Of a stretch of DNA of 64,000 nucleotides, positions 1 to 12,622 are shown one piece after another; position 1 is the stretch's first letter; every line of letters begins with the position of its first letter. The position numbers and the translations under genes are program-made. Source of the DNA: Pseudomonadales bacterium (GTDB lineage Bacteria > Pseudomonadota > Gammaproteobacteria > Pseudomonadales > Pseudohongiellaceae). The stretch spans positions 72,859-136,858 of the forward strand of contig JAYPVG010000005.1 in the NCBI GenBank assembly GCA_038134485.1. Direction: 5' to 3'. The notes under the pieces are model-generated. The model was not told the origin of the DNA and made no database searches. It worked only from the letters and a program-made list of their open reading frames with translations.

Positions 1-2223
<2,223 letters not shown>

Positions 2224-2371
2224 CTAAGCCCCTGTAACCTGTATTTCTGCTGCGGGAATTTTATTGCCTGTTCTCCGGGTCATTGCCGCCTCCCGACCAT
2301 TAGCGGCCAGCGCGGGGGCGCGTATTATAGCCCATTCGACAATCCCAGTAACAACCATGGAAGATGACGGC

Positions 2372-3340
2372 TCAGGAACGTTGTCTCTGCCCTGCAATGC
2401 CCCAGCTGATCACCTGGTTTATGTCATCGGCTCCGGTAGCGATCATCACCAGTCTGTCTACTCCCAGAGCTACACCGGCACAGGTCGGCAGGCCATGTCG
2501 CAGCGCCGCCAGTAACTCGTCATCGACCGGCAAATTTCTGCGTTGGAGCAGAGACCGTAGCTGGTTATCTTCTTCAAAGCGCTGTCTTTGCTCGTCTGGG
2601 TTCACCAGTTCAAAGTAGCCATTGGCGATTTCCATGCCGTCCATAAAGAGTTCGAATCGCCTCGCGACCAGCAGTCCATCTATGTTGGGGCCAATCGCCG
2701 CGAGTGCAGCCATGGAAACTGGGAAGTCATAGACAAAACAATCGTCGGATAACTTTGGTTCAATGACCTGGGCCAGCAACAGATGCAGCAGCTCGTCGCG
2801 GCGGTATCCGGTCTCTTCGAAATCCACATGCGCTTTGGCGACAGCGAGAAGTTCAGCGGTTTCACAGCGGTGCGGATCAATGCCAAGATGCTGCTGGAAA
2901 AGATCGCCGTAGGTGATGCGTGCGGGCTCCGGTCGACCACTGATGCGCCACACCAGCTCGGCTACTTCGCCCATCAATTGCTGTTCATCGAAATCCACCC
3001 GGTACCATTCCAGCATGGTAAATTCGGGATTGTGGCGCCGACTGAGCTCATCGCGGCGAAACGCCTTGCAGAGTTGATAGACCGAGCCGGTGCCTGCAGC
3101 CAGCAGTTTTTTCATTGCGAATTCCGGCGAGGTTTGCAGGAAATATTCCTGACTCTCAGCGCCGCAAACACCGGTTACGCTGATGGATTCCAGATGCGGA
3201 TCAGTGGCGGTGGCAAGGGCAAGCAGGGGTGTCTCCACTTCCAGTACGCCCTTTTCCCGAAAAAACTCCCTGATTGCCGCCAGAATCTCGGCACGCTGCC
3301 GCAGAATCTCGATTGGTGCTGACGGTTTCCAGTTCACCAT
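2372..3340 (-). CDS. epmA: Elongation factor P--(R)-beta-lysine ligase (PoxA/GenX, class II LysRS paralog)
   Basis: 322-aa ORF colinear with E. coli EpmA (GVLEVETP, HNPEFTMLEWY, ELANGF, GVALGVDRL). It lies directly downstream of efp. Confidence 0.9.
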   Translation of the reverse strand: MVNWKPSAPIEILRQRAEILAAIREFFREKGVLEVETPLLALATATDPHLESISVTGVCGAESQEYFLQTSPEFAMKKLLAAGTGSVYQLCKAFRRDELSRRHNPEFTMLEWYRVDFDEQQLMGEVAELVWRISGRPEPARITYGDLFQQHLGIDPHRCETAELLAVAKAHVDFEETGYRRDELLHLLLAQVIEPKLSDDCFVYDFPVSMAALAAIGPNIDGLLVARRFELFMDGMEIANGYFELVNPDEQRQRFEEDNQLRSLLQRRNLPVDDELLAALRHGLPTCAGVALGVDRLVMIATGADDINQVISWGIAGQRQRS

Positions 3341-3355
3341 CGCCGGCCAGACGCG

Positions 3356-3928
3356 CTACTTGTTAACGCGGTTCTGATATTCGCCGGTACGGGTATCCAC
3401 CCGCAGCACGTCTCCCACGTTGACGAACAGTGGTACCTTGACCACAGCACCTGAACTGAGTGTGGCTGGCTTCGTACCCCCCTGGGCAGTATCGCCCTTG
3501 AGACCGGGATCGGTCTGTGTCACTTCCAGCTCGACAAAGTTTGGTGGGGTCACTGAAATAGCTTCTTCATTCCAGGTGGTGACCTGGTAGACGTCCTGCT
3601 CCTTCAGCCAGTTCAATGCCTCGGTAATAGCGTCCTGCCCCACGGGTACCTGTTCAAAGCTGCCGTCAGTTTTCATGAAGTGCCAGAACTCACCATCGTT
3701 GTACAGGTACTCCATGTTTGATTCCATAACATCGGCAGCTTCGATAGAGTCGCCCGACTTGAAAGTCCGTTCCCAGACCCGGCCGGTCTTAAGATTGCGA
3801 AATTTGACCCGGTTAAAGGCCTGACCTTTCCCCGGCTTTACCACTTCGTTCTCCATAATGGAGCAGGGTTCACCATCTACCAGGACTTTCAGTCCGCCTT
3901 TGAATTCGTTAGTGGAGTATGTCGCCAT
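3356..3928 (-). CDS. efp: Elongation factor P (Lys34 type)
   Basis: [15 protein letters not shown]...[20 protein letters not shown] carries the conserved KPGKGQA loop. I trimmed the start to the ATG at 3926-3928, which has a GAGGGA Shine-Dalgarno sequence upstream. Confidence 0.95.
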   Translation of the reverse strand: MATYSTNEFKGGLKVLVDGEPCSIMENEVVKPGKGQAFNRVKFRNLKTGRVWERTFKSGDSIEAADVMESNMEYLYNDGEFWHFMKTDGSFEQVPVGQDAITEALNWLKEQDVYQVTTWNEEAISVTPPNFVELEVTQTDPGLKGDTAQGGTKPATLSSGAVVKVPLFVNVGDVLRVDTRTGEYQNRVNK

Positions 3929-4000
3929 TATTTCCCTCGCTAGCAATTACCCAAAGCTTTCTGTCTTGCTATGATCCGTCCGTCATTCAGGACGAGATCT

Positions 4001-5110
4001 ATGCCACAATCTATTATTCCACTTCGTGAGCTTTGCCACCCTGAGGGCTCTAATAGCCCCTGTGAGTCGCCAGACTCCGATGGGCCATCCGCCGCCAGTG
4101 ACCACTTACAAGTTTTCGCTGAGCAGGCCCCCGAAAAATGGCAACAGATATTAGCCGATCTACTTACAGATCCAAAGGAATTGCTCAATTTTCTCCAACT
4201 TGATTCTGCTGAACTCAACTTCGACCCGCGGGTCATTGACAGCTTTCCCCTGAAGGTTCCGCGCCCGTACCTGAACCGTATGGAAAAGCGCAACTGGAAT
4301 GATCCCTTGCTGCGTCAGGTCCTGCCCCTCGACAGGGAGCTACCAATACCCAACGACGGCAGTAAATGGGATCCGCTTGAAGAAAACAGCAGCAATTGCC
4401 TGCCGGGATTGCTCCACAAATACCACGGCAGGGTGTTACTGACAGTGGCACCCCATTGCGCTATTCACTGTCGTTACTGTTTTCGCCGCCATTTCGACTA
4501 TCAATCCAACACTCCTGGAAGAAGATCATGGGAAAAAGTGATCACTTACATACGTGAAAACGCCGAGATAACCGAAGTTATTTACAGCGGCGGAGATCCG
4601 TTGGCGGCCAATGACAAACAACTCGCCTGGCTTACCAGCCAACTAGCGTCGATCCCCCACCTGCGTACCTTGCGAATCCATACTCGCATGCCGATAGTGA
4701 TTCCGCAGCGGGTCACCGACGAACTGATCGCCTGGCTGACCTCATCGCGGCTCAAGCCGGTTGTAGTGCTGCACGTCAACCACGCCAACGAACTGGACCC
4801 CTTTGTCGCGTCTAGTTTGGGCAAGTTAGCGACAAATGGCGTCAAATTATTGAATCAAAGCGTCCTTTTAGCCGGAGTTAACGACAATCTGACTGCATTA
4901 ACCAGGCTCAGCGAGACCCTTTTTGAGATGAATGTGCTCCCCTATTACCTGCACCTGCTGGATCCTGTCTCCGGAGTATTGCATTTCGATGTCCCTGATG
5001 CCCGGGGAATTGAGCTGATCGCGCAAATGCGGGACCGGTTGCCGGGTTATCTGGTGCCGCGACTGGTTCGTGAACACCCTGGTGCGGGCTCAAAAATCAC
5101 GCTTGCCTAG
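4001..5110 (+). CDS. epmB: EF-P beta-lysylation protein, lysine 2,3-aminomutase family radical SAM enzyme
   Basis: Contains the CAIHCRYCFRRHF radical-SAM cluster motif and is colinear with E. coli EpmB/YjeK. The ATG at 4001 (AGGA upstream) is preferred over the track start at 3971. The gene is divergent from efp. Confidence 0.88.
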   Translation: MPQSIIPLRELCHPEGSNSPCESPDSDGPSAASDHLQVFAEQAPEKWQQILADLLTDPKELLNFLQLDSAELNFDPRVIDSFPLKVPRPYLNRMEKRNWNDPLLRQVLPLDRELPIPNDGSKWDPLEENSSNCLPGLLHKYHGRVLLTVAPHCAIHCRYCFRRHFDYQSNTPGRRSWEKVITYIRENAEITEVIYSGGDPLAANDKQLAWLTSQLASIPHLRTLRIHTRMPIVIPQRVTDELIAWLTSSRLKPVVVLHVNHANELDPFVASSLGKLATNGVKLLNQSVLLAGVNDNLTALTRLSETLFEMNVLPYYLHLLDPVSGVLHFDVPDARGIELIAQMRDRLPGYLVPRLVREHPGAGSKITLA

Positions 5111-5296
5111 ACCCGCCGTGCATGCCCCTGGGTCCAGCAAATGCCGGGGTCGCAACCGTTTCTGAATGCCTGTCCGGCCTGATAATCGGACACATTCAAC
5201 CTTCGAGATTCTTCTGCATCTGCCGATTCAATTCAATGCAGGGTAGGGCGTTTGATCGGACAAAAGACAAAGCAGAACTGTCACGTGCGATCGAGA

Positions 5297-6793
5297 ATGC
5301 TGGCTCCCGTTGCGGAACACTTCCAGCCGGGTTTTGCTGGTTCCATAAGGCCTCAAGTGAGCGGCAAATTGACAGTAAAACAACAGAGTGCCTCTTCGGC
5401 GCCACCCCCAGATAGCGGCCGTGGCCAGCGTTCCCCGGGCGGCAGCATTGCGACGCGATTTACCATCGCCGTAGTCAGTCTGTTGCTGCTCTGCATGTGC
5501 GTATTCTGGCTGATTAGCAGCTACACCTACCAGAATCTCTTGCGCCAGCAAGCAGACTCTCTAGGCACATCGCTTGCGCGTCAGACCGCCATGCAGGTAA
5601 CCGACCTGGTATTGGCCAACGACCTGATAAGCACGCGGGTCGTGCTCGAACAGTTGACTCGTGACTTGGCGGTCGCCGAAGCGGCGGTAATCAATGTCAA
5701 CGGCGAGACCGTAGCCATCTCTACCAATGAAATGGCGCCACCATTCAGCCTTTTACCTATCCCCACAGCTTTTGGAGAGTACGAGGCGCCTGTCGAGCTG
5801 GAAAACACCATTGCCGGCACTGTGCATATAGAGCTGGATTTGTCTTATATTGAAGCCGGCACAGGAAACACTCTGATTTTTATTCTGATCGCAACGCTCG
5901 TCATTGTCATGGTGGCGATACTGTTGAGCTCGAGTTATTTCCAATACCTGTTGAGTTTTCCGCTAAGACTGCTGAACTATGCCATTCAGGAAATTCGCCA
6001 TGGGGAAATAAAAACCTGCCCCGAACCGCAAACGAACAACGAGATCGCTCGATTGGTGCGGCAATACAATGCCACTGCGGAATTTCTCGCCGATTATACC
6101 TTTCTGCATGCCGAAGGCCGGCTATCTGAGAAACCCCTGCCAGAAAGAGAGCAGGAGCAAAAGAGCGAGATGATCAACGGGGCTGTACTGTGTATCCGGT
6201 TGGCCAATTTTCACTACCTCGCTTCCACCTGCGACAAGAATGTCATGGTCAATCTTTTGAACCGAATATACTTCATAGCGGAAAACGTCGGCAGGCTCTA
6301 CAGCGGCACGGTCAGCTACTGTACAGATGGTGAGGTGATAGTCGATTTTCATCGCAGCCAGTTAGAAGAAGAACAGTGCTTCTATGCAATATGTGCCGGC
6401 CAGCTTTATCTGAGGCTGTTGCCACAGATCATTGCGGCAGACACCGGTCATCCGGTGGATGCCAAGATACGACTTGCTGCCCATTGCGGCGAATTCGAAG
6501 CCGGCCTCTATTCGCCAACTACGGGAGAGTTCGACAATCTGCACGGTGCGACGCTGGATCAGGTGCGACAGCTCTGCGACGATTGTCCGGATAATGCCCT
6601 GTTGGTAAGTGAAAATAGCTATCAGATGGCGGGTGGTGAATCACGCCTGCTGGCGGAGGAGTTCGGTGAGCTTGCGGAACCTCAGCCACAACGCACTCTG
6701 CTGTGCAGTAATGCCCTGGGCAGTTACCGGCAATTGCTGGATCAACAGGCAGAAAGACTCGCTTCCCTGCTGACGACCGGCGCAAGGGATTAG
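5297..6793 (+). CDS. Membrane sensor-like protein: YtjB/Smp-like periplasmic region, HAMP domain and a degenerate class III nucleotidyl-cyclase-like domain
   Basis: Two TM segments (FTIAVVSLLLLCMCVFWLISS and LIFILIATLVIVMVAILLSS) flank a ~110-aa region resembling YtjB. A HAMP-like PLRLLNYAIQEIRHGE...NEIARLVRQYN follows. The C-terminal AVLCIRLANFHYL...TDGEVIVDFH...IRLAAHCGEFEAG follows the cyclase homology domain pattern but lacks the metal-binding Asp residues. The start is uncertain (track 5252 TTG, ATG at 5297). Confidence 0.6.
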   Translation: MLAPVAEHFQPGFAGSIRPQVSGKLTVKQQSASSAPPPDSGRGQRSPGGSIATRFTIAVVSLLLLCMCVFWLISSYTYQNLLRQQADSLGTSLARQTAMQVTDLVLANDLISTRVVLEQLTRDLAVAEAAVINVNGETVAISTNEMAPPFSLLPIPTAFGEYEAPVELENTIAGTVHIELDLSYIEAGTGNTLIFILIATLVIVMVAILLSSSYFQYLLSFPLRLLNYAIQEIRHGEIKTCPEPQTNNEIARLVRQYNATAEFLADYTFLHAEGRLSEKPLPEREQEQKSEMINGAVLCIRLANFHYLASTCDKNVMVNLLNRIYFIAENVGRLYSGTVSYCTDGEVIVDFHRSQLEEEQCFYAICAGQLYLRLLPQIIAADTGHPVDAKIRLAAHCGEFEAGLYSPTTGEFDNLHGATLDQVRQLCDDCPDNALLVSENSYQMAGGESRLLAEEFGELAEPQPQRTLLCSNALGSYRQLLDQQAERLASLLTTGARD

Positions 6794-6795
6794 CG

Positions 6796-9045
6796 TTAGA
6801 CCACTTCGATCCGATCGACGTTCTGAAACCCCCGCGGCAACTTGTTCCCGCGCCGACCCCGATCACCGCGATAATGCTCCAGATCCGAAAGTTTCAGATT
6901 ATGATGTCGGCGCCCGGCGTGCACCGTCAGCGACTGCTCGGCTGTGATGACCGCCAGTGCAACGACGAATTCCAACCGCTCAGCAACCCGGGCGCTGGGG
7001 ATACCGATTATTTTGTTGCCTTTGCCCCGGGCGAGTCTGGGCAAGTCTTTTAGAGGAAACATGAGCATGCGGCCTTCATTGGTGACCGCCACAATCAGAT
7101 CCGTCTGATAGTCATTTATCAAACAGGCAGGCAGAACCTTGCCACCCTTAGGAAGATTAAGGACATTCTTGCCGGACTTGTTTTTACTGTACAGATCAGC
7201 CAGGGTTGTTACAAAGCCGTAGCCGGCATCCGAGGCCAACAGCACTTCACGTTTTTCCTCACCGATAGCCAACCCCTCAAAAGTGGCACCGGACGGCGGC
7301 GTAACTTTGCCAGTCAGCGGCTCACCCTGACCGCGGGCAGACGGCAAGGTGTGCGCCGGCAACGAGTAAGCCCGACCGGTGGAGTCTAGAAAAACTGCCA
7401 GCTGGTTACTCTTGCCTCTGACAGCCAGCTTGAAACTGTCGCCAGACTTGTACTGCAGCTTGTCGGCCTCCACGTCATGGCCCTTGGCAGCCCGGATCCA
7501 GCCGCGCTCGGAAAGAATGACCGTTACCGGCTCGGTGGATATCAGTTCGATCTCGCTGAAAGCCTGGGCCTCGGCCCGTTCTACCAGAGGAGATTTTCGT
7601 TCGTCACCGAATTTTTCAGCGTCTTCCTTGATCTCGTTTTTTACCAGGGTTTTAAGGCGCGCGTCAGATCCCAGTGTCTGTTCGATAGCCTTACGCTCGG
7701 CACTAAGCTCATCCTGCTCAGCTCTAATTTTAATTTCTTCCAATTTGGCTAGCTGACGCAGTTTCAGTTCCAGAATGGCTTCAGCCTGGCGGTCGCTGAT
7801 ATTGAAGCGCTTCATGAGAACGGGCTTGGGCTTGTCTTCACTGCGAATGATTGCGATCACTTCGTCGATGTTGAGGAACGCAATGAGCAGACCTTCAAGA
7901 ATATGCAGTCGATCCAGAATCTTGTCGAGCCGGTACTGAAGTCGCCGCCTGACCGTCTCGGTTCGAAATTCCAACCACTCCTTCAAGAGTAATACCAGAC
8001 CCTTTACCTGCGGGCGCCGGTTGGTGCCGATCATATTGAAATTTACCCGGTAGTTTTTTTCCAGATCGGTAGTAGAGAACAGGTGCAACATCAGCTCATC
8101 GGCGTTGATCCGGTTGGAACGCGGCACGATCACGATCCGGGTAGGGTTTTCGTGATCGGACTCATCGCGCAGGTCCACCACCATAGGCAGCTTTTTCTTC
8201 TGCATCTGCGCGGCAATTTGCTCCAGCACCTTGTTGCCGGACACCTGGTACGGCAGCGCCGTGATTACCAACTCCCCATTTTCCACCACATAAGTGGCAC
8301 GCGCTTTCAATGAACCCCGACCAGTTTCGTACAGAGCCAGAATCTCCTCCCGCGGGGTGATGATTTCGGCGTGGGTCGGGAAATCGGGCGCCTTGATGTG
8401 CTCGCAAAGATCTGCGACTGTCGCACGGGGCTTGTCCAGAAGGTGAATACAGGCACTGGCAACTTCTCGCATATTGTGTGGCGGAATATCGGTAGCCATG
8501 CCAACGGCAATGCCGCTGCCACCGTTCAGAAGTACATTGGGCAGTCTTGCCGGCAACAGCTCCGGTTCGTCCAGAGTGCCGTCGAAGTTGGGTTTCCAGT
8601 TAACCGTTCCCTGTCCCAGTTCCGACAACAATACGTCGGCGTAATTCCGCAACTTGGATTCGGTGTAACGCATTGCCGCAAACGACTTGGGGTCGTCCGG
8701 AGAACCCCAGTTACCCTGGCCGTCCACCAGCGGGTAACGATAATTGAATGGCTGGGCCATCATCACCATGGCTTCGTAGCAGGCAGAGTCGCCGTGGGGA
8801 TGGAATTTACCGATCACGTCACCAATCGTGCGGGCCGACTTTTTGTACTTGGCGGACGCTTTGAGACTCAGTTCCGACATCGCGTAGACTATGCGCCGCT
8901 GCACCGGCTTCAGTCCGTCGGCGATGTGAGGCAATGCCCGGTCATTGATGACATACATGGAATAGTTCAGGTATGCCTGCTGGGAATAGGTCTTGAGGGA
9001 GATCTGTTCCTGTCCCTCTTCGTTGACGGTGATTTCCTGAGTCAT
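6796..9045 (-). CDS. parC: DNA topoisomerase IV subunit A
   Basis: 749-aa ORF with GLKPVQRRI and the AAMRYTE active-site Tyr motif. It has no GyrA-box region and is paired with parE immediately upstream. Confidence 0.93.
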   Translation of the reverse strand: MTQEITVNEEGQEQISLKTYSQQAYLNYSMYVINDRALPHIADGLKPVQRRIVYAMSELSLKASAKYKKSARTIGDVIGKFHPHGDSACYEAMVMMAQPFNYRYPLVDGQGNWGSPDDPKSFAAMRYTESKLRNYADVLLSELGQGTVNWKPNFDGTLDEPELLPARLPNVLLNGGSGIAVGMATDIPPHNMREVASACIHLLDKPRATVADLCEHIKAPDFPTHAEIITPREEILALYETGRGSLKARATYVVENGELVITALPYQVSGNKVLEQIAAQMQKKKLPMVVDLRDESDHENPTRIVIVPRSNRINADELMLHLFSTTDLEKNYRVNFNMIGTNRRPQVKGLVLLLKEWLEFRTETVRRRLQYRLDKILDRLHILEGLLIAFLNIDEVIAIIRSEDKPKPVLMKRFNISDRQAEAILELKLRQLAKLEEIKIRAEQDELSAERKAIEQTLGSDARLKTLVKNEIKEDAEKFGDERKSPLVERAEAQAFSEIELISTEPVTVILSERGWIRAAKGHDVEADKLQYKSGDSFKLAVRGKSNQLAVFLDSTGRAYSLPAHTLPSARGQGEPLTGKVTPPSGATFEGLAIGEEKREVLLASDAGYGFVTTLADLYSKNKSGKNVLNLPKGGKVLPACLINDYQTDLIVAVTNEGRMLMFPLKDLPRLARGKGNKIIGIPSARVAERLEFVVALAVITAEQSLTVHAGRRHHNLKLSDLEHYRGDRGRRGNKLPRGFQNVDRIEVV

Positions 9046-9102
9046 ATTCGTTTCATGTCCAGTAATTACTCAGTAATGCCTCTCGTGGTGGCTGATCACT
9101 GC

Positions 9103-11025
9103 TCATTCGGCATAGTCCGCCAGATTGCCGGATTCTTCTAGCCAGTTCTTGCGATCCGGAGCCCGTTTCTTTGCCAGCAACATATCCAGAATTTCATCGG
9201 TGGACTGTTTTCTGCGGGTACCGGCCGGATCATCCAGAGTGAGCCGCACCAGGCGCCGGGTGTCGGTCGCCATAGTGGTCTCCCTTAATTGCAGGGGATT
9301 CATCTCGCCCAGTCCCTTGAAGCGCTGCACGTTAACCTTGCCGGGTTTCTTCTCGGTCGCTATACGATCCAGAATCCCGTCCTTTTCGCCATCATCCAGC
9401 GCGTAATAAACTTCTTTGCCAACGTCGATCCTATATAGCGGCGGCATCGCCACGAACACATGACCTGCTTCCACCAATGGCCTGAAATGCCTGACGAACA
9501 GTGCACACAGCAAGGTGGCGATATGCAAACCATCGGAATCGGCATCCGCGAGAATGCAAACCTTGCCGTATCGCAACCCGTCGATTTTGTCGGACCCGGG
9601 GTCAACACCCAGAGCAACGGCAATGTCGTGTACCTCCTGAGAGGCCAGGATCTCGGCCGAGTCGACCTCCCAGGTATTCAGAATCTTGCCCCGTAGCGGC
9701 ATGATGGCCTGAAACTCGCGATCCCGCGCCTGCTTGGCTGACCCACCGGCAGAGTCTCCTTCCACCAGGAACAGTTCTCCGCGCATGGCATCCTGGCTTG
9801 AACAGTCTGCCAGCTTGCCGGGCAGCGCAGGACCGGCGGTAACTTTCTTGCGGGTTACCAGCTTGCCGGCCCGCATTCTGTTCTGGGCATTGCGGATGCA
9901 CAACTCCACCAGAGCTTCTGCCTCGGCAGTGTGCTGATTGAGCCACAGGCTGAAAGCATCCTTGACGACTCCGGCGACAAACACGGCGCATTGTCGGGAC
10001 GACAACCGCTCCTTCGTTTGACCGGAGAACTGCGGATCAACCAGCTTTGAGGACAGGACGTAACAACAGCGATCCCAAATATCCTCGGATGACAGTTTCA
10101 ATCCCCTCGGCAGGAGATTACGGAATTCACAGAACTCCCTGATCGCGTCCAGCAGACCGGTGCGCAGGCCAGAAACATGGGTGCCGCCCTGGGCGGTAGG
10201 AATCAGGTTCACGTAGCTTTCGGTCACGACTTCGCCGCCTTCCGGCAGCCACTGCACCGCCCAGTCGACCGCTTCGTCGTTGCCCTGCACGGAACCGGTG
10301 AATGGCTGTGCCGGCAAGGTTTCGTATTCACCGGTAGCAAGCGTCAGATAATCGGTGAGACCATCTTCGTAATACCACTCCTCGCTCTGGGCTTTGTCAG
10401 CGGTTACCGTCTTGTCGATAAATTTGACCCGCAATCCCGGACAGAGCACTGCCTTGGCACGCAAGACATGCTTCAAACGGGGTATGGAAATCTTCGGCGA
10501 ATCAAAGTATTTCTCATCCGGCAGAAAGCTGACGGTGGTTCCTGTATTGCGCTTGCCTACCTGGTCGATCGGCTTCAACTCTGAGGCCTTGTCGCCGTTC
10601 TTGAACTTCATCAGATAGACGAACCCGTCTCGCCTGACGGTCACTTCGAGAGTTTTGGATAGCGCGTTGACAACCGACACGCCAACGCCGTGCAGTCCTC
10701 CTGAGTATTGGTAATTCTTGTTGGAAAACTTGCCCCCTGCATGCAGCCTGGTAAGAATCAACTCGACGCCGCTTACTTTCTCGTCCTTGTGTAGGTCGAT
10801 GGGCATGCCCCGACCATCGTCGGTCACCTCTACTGTGCCGTCCTTGTAAAGAGTCAGGGAAATATTCTTGGCATGCCCGGCCAGCGCCTCGTCAACGCTG
10901 TTGTCAATGACTTCCTGAGCCAGGTGATTGGGTCGGGTAGTATCGGTATACATACCCGGTCGCTTACGAACCGGATCAAGACCTTTGAGGACCTCGATAG
11001 CATCCGCGTCGTAGGTATTACTCAT
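9103..11025 (-). CDS. parE: DNA topoisomerase IV subunit B
   Basis: 640-aa ORF with a GHKL ATPase N-terminus (RKRPGMY, GLHGVG), the Toprim EGDSAGG motif and PLRGK. Its length fits ParE rather than GyrB. Confidence 0.93.
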   Translation of the reverse strand: MSNTYDADAIEVLKGLDPVRKRPGMYTDTTRPNHLAQEVIDNSVDEALAGHAKNISLTLYKDGTVEVTDDGRGMPIDLHKDEKVSGVELILTRLHAGGKFSNKNYQYSGGLHGVGVSVVNALSKTLEVTVRRDGFVYLMKFKNGDKASELKPIDQVGKRNTGTTVSFLPDEKYFDSPKISIPRLKHVLRAKAVLCPGLRVKFIDKTVTADKAQSEEWYYEDGLTDYLTLATGEYETLPAQPFTGSVQGNDEAVDWAVQWLPEGGEVVTESYVNLIPTAQGGTHVSGLRTGLLDAIREFCEFRNLLPRGLKLSSEDIWDRCCYVLSSKLVDPQFSGQTKERLSSRQCAVFVAGVVKDAFSLWLNQHTAEAEALVELCIRNAQNRMRAGKLVTRKKVTAGPALPGKLADCSSQDAMRGELFLVEGDSAGGSAKQARDREFQAIMPLRGKILNTWEVDSAEILASQEVHDIAVALGVDPGSDKIDGLRYGKVCILADADSDGLHIATLLCALFVRHFRPLVEAGHVFVAMPPLYRIDVGKEVYYALDDGEKDGILDRIATEKKPGKVNVQRFKGLGEMNPLQLRETTMATDTRRLVRLTLDDPAGTRRKQSTDEILDMLLAKKRAPDRKNWLEESGNLADYAE

Positions 11026-11158
11026 TACTCTTGGTGCCCTGAATATGGAATCTGCGTTCAGTCAGCCTGTGCTGTATCCGATCGGGTTAAAGACAGCTTT
11101 TCCGGAACTGATCGCGGGGATTTTTTAGCTTCGAATAACTTTGTATCGCACTCTGCAA

Positions 11159-11749
11159 TCAATTCTTGATAGCCAGGAAATTGAATATTATCGGCAGGAA
11201 ATCCGCATAGTTGTCAAAGCTGTGATTGCCCCCTTCCTGAATTATACAAGTACCCATCTGGTAGAGGGCTTCCGCTAAGCGATAATCAAGGACTTCATCA
11301 CCGGTCTGCGCCAGCAAAAGCAAGTTTTCCGGTTTTTCCAACTTTACTATATCAAGATCACGTAATTCCTTTACGTGCTGCTCGGTAACATGGTGGACGG
11401 CGTTCGAGTAATAGTTACGATGTTCCCCAAGGTATTCCCGCCAACGCAAAAAGGGTCGTACTGCCGGATTGATTACTACTGCCCTGAGACCATTACTTTC
11501 GGCCAGACAAGTCGCGTAAAAACCGCCCAGGGAGCTACCGATCAGGCACACCCGTCGATCCTGCAGCTCATCAATGAGGCCCTGAACCTGGCATATCGAC
11601 GCTTTGGGCCCGGCGGATAATTCGGGCACCGTCAGTCTGTCCGCGAGGCCTCGCTCTCGAAAATACTCAACCGTCTGCCGCGCTTTTTTCGAGTCCGGCG
11701 AACTCAGAAATCCGTGCAGGTAAATGACATGAAAGTCAGCGGAAGTCAT
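11159..11749 (-). CDS. yqiA: YqiA-family esterase (alpha/beta hydrolase)
   Basis: 196 aa with HGFLSSP and GSSLGG motifs. It occupies the conserved position in the parE-yqiA-cpdA-yqiB-nudF block. Confidence 0.8.
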   Translation of the reverse strand: MTSADFHVIYLHGFLSSPDSKKARQTVEYFRERGLADRLTVPELSAGPKASICQVQGLIDELQDRRVCLIGSSLGGFYATCLAESNGLRAVVINPAVRPFLRWREYLGEHRNYYSNAVHHVTEQHVKELRDLDIVKLEKPENLLLLAQTGDEVLDYRLAEALYQMGTCIIQEGGNHSFDNYADFLPIIFNFLAIKN

Positions 11750-11791
11750 GGGTTACAGGGGCAGTTATTCAGGTACTTTCGACGTCAGCCG

Positions 11792-12604
11792 TTAGTAGCC
11801 TTCGCTATCAAAGTCCGGTCTGAATTCGCTGCCGTCGATGCGGACGACCTCGGACTCAATGGTCCCGTCTGGAAACAGCTTGAATCGACGATAGCCAGGA
11901 TCCAGCTCATCTAGTGCGAAATCAATGACCTCCGGTTTGAACTGGATGCAGGTCGACGGTGTGCAAAAGAAGCGAATTCCGTCGATATTGAAATCCAGCT
12001 CCTGGTGGATATGACCATACACTACGCAGCGCAGATTGGAGTGGCGCGATATCAGCTCCATGAACTCCCGATCGTTTCTCAGACCGATATCCTTCATCCA
12101 GGCTGAGTTCGCGGGAACGGGATTATGGTGCAAGGCCACCAAACTGTGTTCAAGATTGGGATCACTCGCGGCATCCGTCAATGCCTTGTCAAGGAACATT
12201 AATTCTTCTTCAGCAAGGTAACCATCTACATGATTGACACGGCTCGAATCCAGCAGAATAAATTGCCAGTTGCCGATCACCTCAATTTTATTGCTCAGGT
12301 CCAGTTCAGCCGCCACGTCCTGCATGACCTCGACGGAATCGTGATTGCCGGGGATCCAGCGAACCGGCGCGTCGAACTCTCCCATATACTTTATAAATTG
12401 CTTGTAAGAGCCGGGCGCCGCGTCCTGGGCAATGTCGCCGGTCGCGAGGATCAGATCGAATTGTTCTTCATGCTTTGCAATTGAGCCGAGCACTTTGGCC
12501 AAGCTGTCATGGGTGTTCATCTTCAGTAAAGTGCCGGTATTTTCCGCATAAAGATGCGTATCCGTAATCTGAAGAACATTAATGGGAATTCGGGGGTTCA
12601 CCAC
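11792..12604 (-). CDS. cpdA: 3',5'-cyclic-AMP phosphodiesterase (metallophosphoesterase)
   Basis: Carries the motifs DTH, GDIAQD, GNHD and GHIH. Both length and synteny match CpdA. Confidence 0.85.
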   Translation of the reverse strand: MVNPRIPINVLQITDTHLYAENTGTLLKMNTHDSLAKVLGSIAKHEEQFDLILATGDIAQDAAPGSYKQFIKYMGEFDAPVRWIPGNHDSVEVMQDVAAELDLSNKIEVIGNWQFILLDSSRVNHVDGYLAEEELMFLDKALTDAASDPNLEHSLVALHHNPVPANSAWMKDIGLRNDREFMELISRHSNLRCVVYGHIHQELDFNIDGIRFFCTPSTCIQFKPEVIDFALDELDPGYRRFKLFPDGTIESEVVRIDGSEFRPDFDSEGY

Positions 12605-12622
12605 TTTCTAATTCTCGCGCTT

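Noticed and set aside
8371-9141. Long antisense ORFs inside well-supported genes. Examples: 8371-9141 opposite parC, 22153-22812 opposite thiC, 35934-36635 opposite serA, 43016-43657 opposite fba, 45515-46318 opposite epd, 51041-51709 and 51845-52474 opposite ahcY, and 57956-58681 opposite the secreted hypothetical.
   Set aside because: These are shadow ORFs typical of moderately GC-rich coding DNA. Their translations are Arg/Gly/His-rich with no recognisable motifs, while the opposite strand carries full-length, motif-complete housekeeping proteins.
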